DNA of 64,000 nucleotides from the human T2T-CHM13v2.0 reference genome, Homo sapiens. The position numbers and the translations under genes were made by a program. This document shows, piece by piece, positions 56,608-64,000 of this stretch; the stretch's first letter is position 1; each line of letters starts with the position of its first letter. Below the pieces are notes generated by a model. That model was not told the DNA's origin and did no database searches. It saw only the letters and a program-made list of their open reading frames with translations. Location: NCBI RefSeq assembly GCF_009914755.1, contig NC_060936.1; one strand, written 5' to 3'.

Positions 56608-57451
56608 CCCAGGAATAAAGCCTACTTGATCATAATGAATTAACTTTTTGATGTGCTGTTGGAATCAGTTTGGTAGTATTTTGTTGAGGATTTTTGAATC
56701 TGTGTTCACCAGGGATATTGGCCTGTGTACTTAAGTGTGACCAGGAGGTCTGCCTGAGCATGGAGCAGAGAGGACCCGCCTATATCAAAGCCTCTGCACA
56801 GGAGGAGTGAGGCAACTCAGGCTGCCGAACGAAGCATGCAGGTGCTTTGAATGCATGGAGATCTGCCTGGGCATGTGGCAGAGAGGATCTCTAATTTTTG
56901 TGGTAGCAGGTATCATTCTTTTGTTTCTATGTTTAGAACTCTCTTAAGGGTATCTTGTAAGGCTAGTCTAGTGGTAATGAATTCCCTTAGCAGTTGCTTG
57001 TCTGGAAAATATTTTATTTCTCCTTTGCTTATGAAGCTTAGTTTGACAGGATATGAAATTCTTGGTTAGAATTTCTTTTCTTTCAGAATGCTGGAAATAG
57101 GTCCCCAATCTATCCTGGCTTGTAAGGTTTCTGCTGAGAAGTCCAAAGCCTGGTATGGCTCCATTTGTATGTGATTATGTAATCTAACCTTTTTCTCAGC
57201 CTTTAAGTATTTTTGTTTGTTTTGTTGTGTTTTGCATTGACCTTGGACAGTCTGGTGACTATGTCCTGTGACGATCTTCATTTTGGATAGTATCTTGCAG
57301 TTCTCTAGATTTTTTGTATCTGGGTGTTTACCTTTCTAGCAAGGTTAGGGAAATTTTCTTGAATTACTCCCTCAAATATGTTTTCCAGGTTGTTTACTTT
57401 TTCTTCTTCTTAGGAATGCCAATAATTCATAGGTTTGTTTCTTTTATGTAA

Positions 57452-57978
<527 letters not shown>

Positions 57979-58659
57979 TGAATATGTTTATTTCTTCTTT
58001 TATTTCCTGGATTGCTTTAGAAGTTTCTTCTATGTTGATTGTCAACTCTGTCTTGGATCTCATTGATCTTCCTTGCAATTCATGTTTTGAATTCTTTATC
58101 TGTCATTTCTGAGTTCACATTTTAGTTAAGAACTGTTGCTGGAGAGCTAGTGCTATCCCTTGGTGGTGTTACTACATTTAGATTTTTCATCATGCCAGAA
58201 TTCTTCCACTGGTTTCTCCTCATCTGGAGATGATTGCACTTCTAATTTTTGTAATTAATTTCATGTGAGTAGGATTTTTTTTCTTCCCTATAATTGTTTT
58301 TTTCTTTTCCTTTCTTTTCCTCCCTATTGGGGTGTGACTGTAGAGAATTCTGGGTAGGATCTTTTGGTTTTGCTTCTATAGTTCTGTGCACTTCTTTCAG
58401 CAGGTTTTATATTGGGCTGTGCATTTGACCTACAAGTCAGTAGGCCATGCTTATTGATAAGAGTCAGCTGTAGCCAATGCTGCTGGGTATATACTTGTTT
58501 AATGGTAGAAACTCTGTTGCCTCAGGCAGTGGTCTGAGCTCCCTGCTCAGCTCCAGGGGGATGGGGCCATGATTGGTGAGAACGACTGGGCAAATCTGCC
58601 AAAGGTTCACTCATGGCAAGCACAAACACCAGTGCTGACGGTGAATCCAATGGGCGGCC

Positions 58660-59760
58660 ACCAAGTACCCAGAAGTGTGCCTAGGCATGGAGCTGGGAAT
58701 CCCCTTCAGCCCTAAGTTCTCTGCATGGGAGTCGGAGTAGCCTAAATTCTTGATCTAAGAGAGTTGGTGCTCCAGGTGCCTGGAGGTCTGCCTGGGCGTG
58801 GAGCAGAGAGGACCCCCCTATACCAAGGCCTCTGCACAGGAGGAGTGAGGCAACTCAGGCTGCCAAACCAAGCATACAGGTGCTTTGAATGCCTGGAGAT
58901 CTGCCTGGGCATGTGACAGAACCTGCCTGCCCCAGGATCTCTGCACAGGAAGGTTGGGGTGGCTCAGACTGCTGATTCAGGTGAGTGGGATCTCTGAATG
59001 CCTGGAGATCTGCCTCAGTGTGAAGTGGAGAAGACCCCCTTTCACCAAGATTTCTGCACAAGAGGGGTGAGGTTACTCATGCTCCTGAACCAGACAAACA
59101 GGTGCTTTGAATGCCTGGAGATCTGCTTGGGCATTTAACAGAAAGGGAACCCCTCCACCAGGATATCTGCACAGGAAGGGTGGTGGAGCAGCTCAAGCTT
59201 CTGATCCAGCAAGCTGGTTCCCTGAATGTCTGCAGATCTGCTTGGGTGTGTAGTGGAGAGGACCTCACTGTACCGTGATCTGCATCCAGTAAGGATGGTG
59301 CCAGCTCAGCCTGCTGAACCAGATGCACAGGCACTCTGAATGCCTGGAGGTCTGCCTGGGCATGGACCAGAGAGGGTCTTGCTGTACCACAGTCTATGTC
59401 CAGGAAAGGGTAGGGTGGTTCAGGCTACTGATTCAGGTGAGTGGGTGCTCCAAATACCTGGAGATCTGCCTGGATATGGAGTGGAGAGAGCTCTGCTGCA
59501 CCATAATCTATGTCCATGACGGGTGAGGTGGTGCAGGCTGCTGGTCAAGAAAAGTAGGTGCTCCAAATGCTTGGAGATCTTCCTGGGAATGGAGCAGAGA
59601 AGGCCCTGCTATGCTACAGTGTATGCCCAGGAAAGGTGGGGCTGCTCAGGCTGCTGGGCCAGGCAGGTGGGTGCTCTGAATGCCTGGATTTCTCCCTGGG
59701 GTGGAGTGAGAGGACTCCACTGCACCGCGATCTCAGGAACAGACTGAGGCACCCAGCAGT
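58660..59760. repeat. ~113-bp diverged tandem array (about 9-10 units) in the L1 5'UTR
   Basis: Anchor cctggagatctgcctggg recurs at 58779, 58892, 59001, 59114, 59229, 59343, 59457, 59570 and 59683. Confidence 0.9.
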
Positions 59761-60036
59761 GTCTCATGCAGATCAGTTCATGTTGCCAAACTGGCCCTGG
59801 CTGCAAGCCTTGCTGCCCAGGAGAAACTGCTGTGGTAATAGTTCTCCTCCTGCCCCAACCCTGTGACAGGGAAGAGTACAATTCCAGTGTCTACTACTCC
59901 AGTACTTTCCACAGTTCTGCTTGTGGAGGCCCTGACCTCACTCTAAAACAGGTGCTCCAATCTCTGTCCTAAGACTAAAATGCATGAATGGCCATGTTGC
60001 CAGGTTGTCAAAGAATGGCTGACTTCGTATGTACCC

Positions 60037-60377
60037 TGATAGGGTTTGGCTGTGTCCCCACCCAAATCTCATCTTGAATTCCCATGTGTTGTGGGAGGGA
60101 CCCTGTGGGAGGTAATTGAATCATGGGGTCAGGTCTTTCCTGGGCTGTTCTCCTGATACTGAATAAGTATGAGGTCTGATGGTTTTATGGGGGGTAGTTT
60201 CCCTGCTCAATCTCTCTTCTGTTGTCTGCCACCATGTTAGATGTGTATTTCGCCTTCTGCCGTGATTGTAAGCCTCCTCAGCAATGTGGGAACTGTAAGT
60301 CCGTTAAACCTCTTTCTTTCATAAATTGCCCAGTCTTGGGTATGTCTTTATCAGCAGCATGAAAACAGACTAATACG
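60037..60377 (+). mobile_element. THE1 (MaLR) solo LTR nested in the L1 5'UTR
   Basis: tgatagggtttggctgtgtccccacccaaatctcatcttgaattccc...cagactaatac; 5-bp TSD taccc/tgccc. Confidence 0.92.
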
Positions 60378-61370
60378 TGCCCAGATTAAAAATGGCATTC
60401 TGCTTTTGGTCCTGGATTTGGGAACATGTCTGCAGCTTTTCCCAGTGTCTTTCCTTCATAGCATCTCCAAGCCTCTCTCCAAGTTAACTCCAGGGATTGG
60501 GAGAAACAAAGTGCTCTCCTTCAGCCAGGATAGGGAACCCCAGTGGACAGGTGAATCACAGAGGGAAGTTCTCTGCCTCTCTCACCTACTGGGACTTCAC
60601 TCACTTTTATCAGCCAGACACTATCACGGGGGCTGTTTGTCAGCATTCTCCTCCCTGGTATCTGGGGTGTCTTTTGTGATTCTGGTGGATTGCTGTTTTC
60701 CTTTTATGCCTTATCTTGTGACTTCCAAGTGGCCAAGGCATGCCCAAATCCTCTAATCTACCATCATGGGGAAGCAGAAAACCAGAAACAAATATTTATT
60801 GAATAACCAAAGTACTCAACAGCATTACAGTAGGTTGTGTAGGGGGCAAAAATAATATAGATATGTCTCTCTTTAAGGAGTTTACTAGTTGGGGAGAAGT
60901 AGCATGTATTTTATGGTGATGTTTCATTGATTCTGAGTTGTACATTTTTTTCAACTAACATCTCTGAAATCAGTAAAAGTCAAAATTATAGTCAGCTAGA
61001 CATTAATCATGACATTTATCATTGCCTTCTTGTGTGTGAACTTGTCATAGCTGTGTTATAAATTTAATTGAATTATGTGAGTTGGGTTCCGTATTTGTGA
61101 TCTTAATTACCGAATTAAATATCTTCAAAAGGATCTCACTGTGATATGACATCAAAACAGAAAGGCACAAAAAAGCACAGTTACATATGATAAAAGTCTA
61201 TGTCTTCATCAGTTTAAGAGAGTCTTCCTATAAGTTTAAAATAAAAATTCCAGTTGGAAAAAAGAACATTATAGATTCATTAATAACATATTTTTAATGT
61301 CTAAAATTTTTTCTAAAAAATGATGAAGTCTTGGATTTGATGAAATACACTTGATTATAGAGTTGTAAAT

Positions 61371-61699
61371 ATACTCATCCCTTGGTATCCACTGGGGGTT
61401 TTGTTCCAGTCCTCCAAATCCGCCCCCCCACCCTGCCGGGGATTCCAAAATCGATAGATCCTCAATTGCATAGTGTTTGCATATAACCTATGCACATTCT
61501 CCTGTATACTTTAAATCATCTCTACATTACTTATAATACCTAATATAATATAAATGCTGTGTAAATAGTTGTTATACTGTATTGTCTTATACAAATTTGT
61601 ATTTTTATTGTTTTTTCTCAACATTTTGATCTGTGGTTTGGTGAATATGCAGATGGAACCTGCTGATGCAGAACCTGTGTACACAGAGGGCCAACTGTA
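61371..61699. mobile_element. MER2-like (TcMar-Tigger) element
   Basis: Ends catcccttggtatcca / acagagggccaactgta and internal tgtatactttaaatcatctcta. Confidence 0.75.
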
Positions 61700-61839
61700 T
61701 CTCTCAAATTTCTTGTCTCCAGTATTACCACTCTGAATCCATATCTCTTGCTTGAAATACTGCAGTGATTAGTTTTGTTTCTTTCCAGTCTTTTTTTTAA
61801 CCTAGCCATAATGTCCAAGTTACCATTTAAAAAAAAGTT

Positions 61840-64000
<2,161 letters not shown>

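Noticed and set aside
58660-59760. Regularly spaced repeats resembling a CRISPR array
   Set aside because: The whole ~113-bp unit is homologous between copies, with no unique spacers and no cas genes; it sits inside a human L1 5'UTR.

Overview
Human genomic DNA; an AluYa5 and a full-length SVA fit a human origin. The window holds the CpG-island promoter and 5' part of RAB3IP (Rabin8, the Rab8 guanine-nucleotide exchange factor) on the + strand. Four exons are supported: a non-coding first exon ending at 30165, an alternative coding first exon ending at 31003 (MGLKKMKG), and coding exons at 46513-46788 and 47534-47792. The gene continues beyond the window. The rest is interspersed repeat: Alus, old and primate L1s, L2/MIR, MaLR/ERVL LTRs, MER1B/MER58/MER2 and an HSMAR2 mariner remnant. 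I see no new gene family or prokaryote-style system. The most notable structure is an antisense SVA in intron 3 whose true 19-bp target-site duplication encloses a ~210-bp 3' transduction (own AATAAA and second poly(A)) plus 42 bp of extra 5' sequence. Other candidates are an out-of-frame uORF overlapping the RAB3IP start, a predicted AUG-containing exon 2-3 circRNA, a 3x21-bp promoter repeat, a very young AluYa5, a rearranged L1 carrying an ectopic copy of its own 5'UTR repeat, and two LTRs with DUX4-type motifs. Repeat subfamily names come from recalled consensus sequences, and boundaries of old repeats are approximate.
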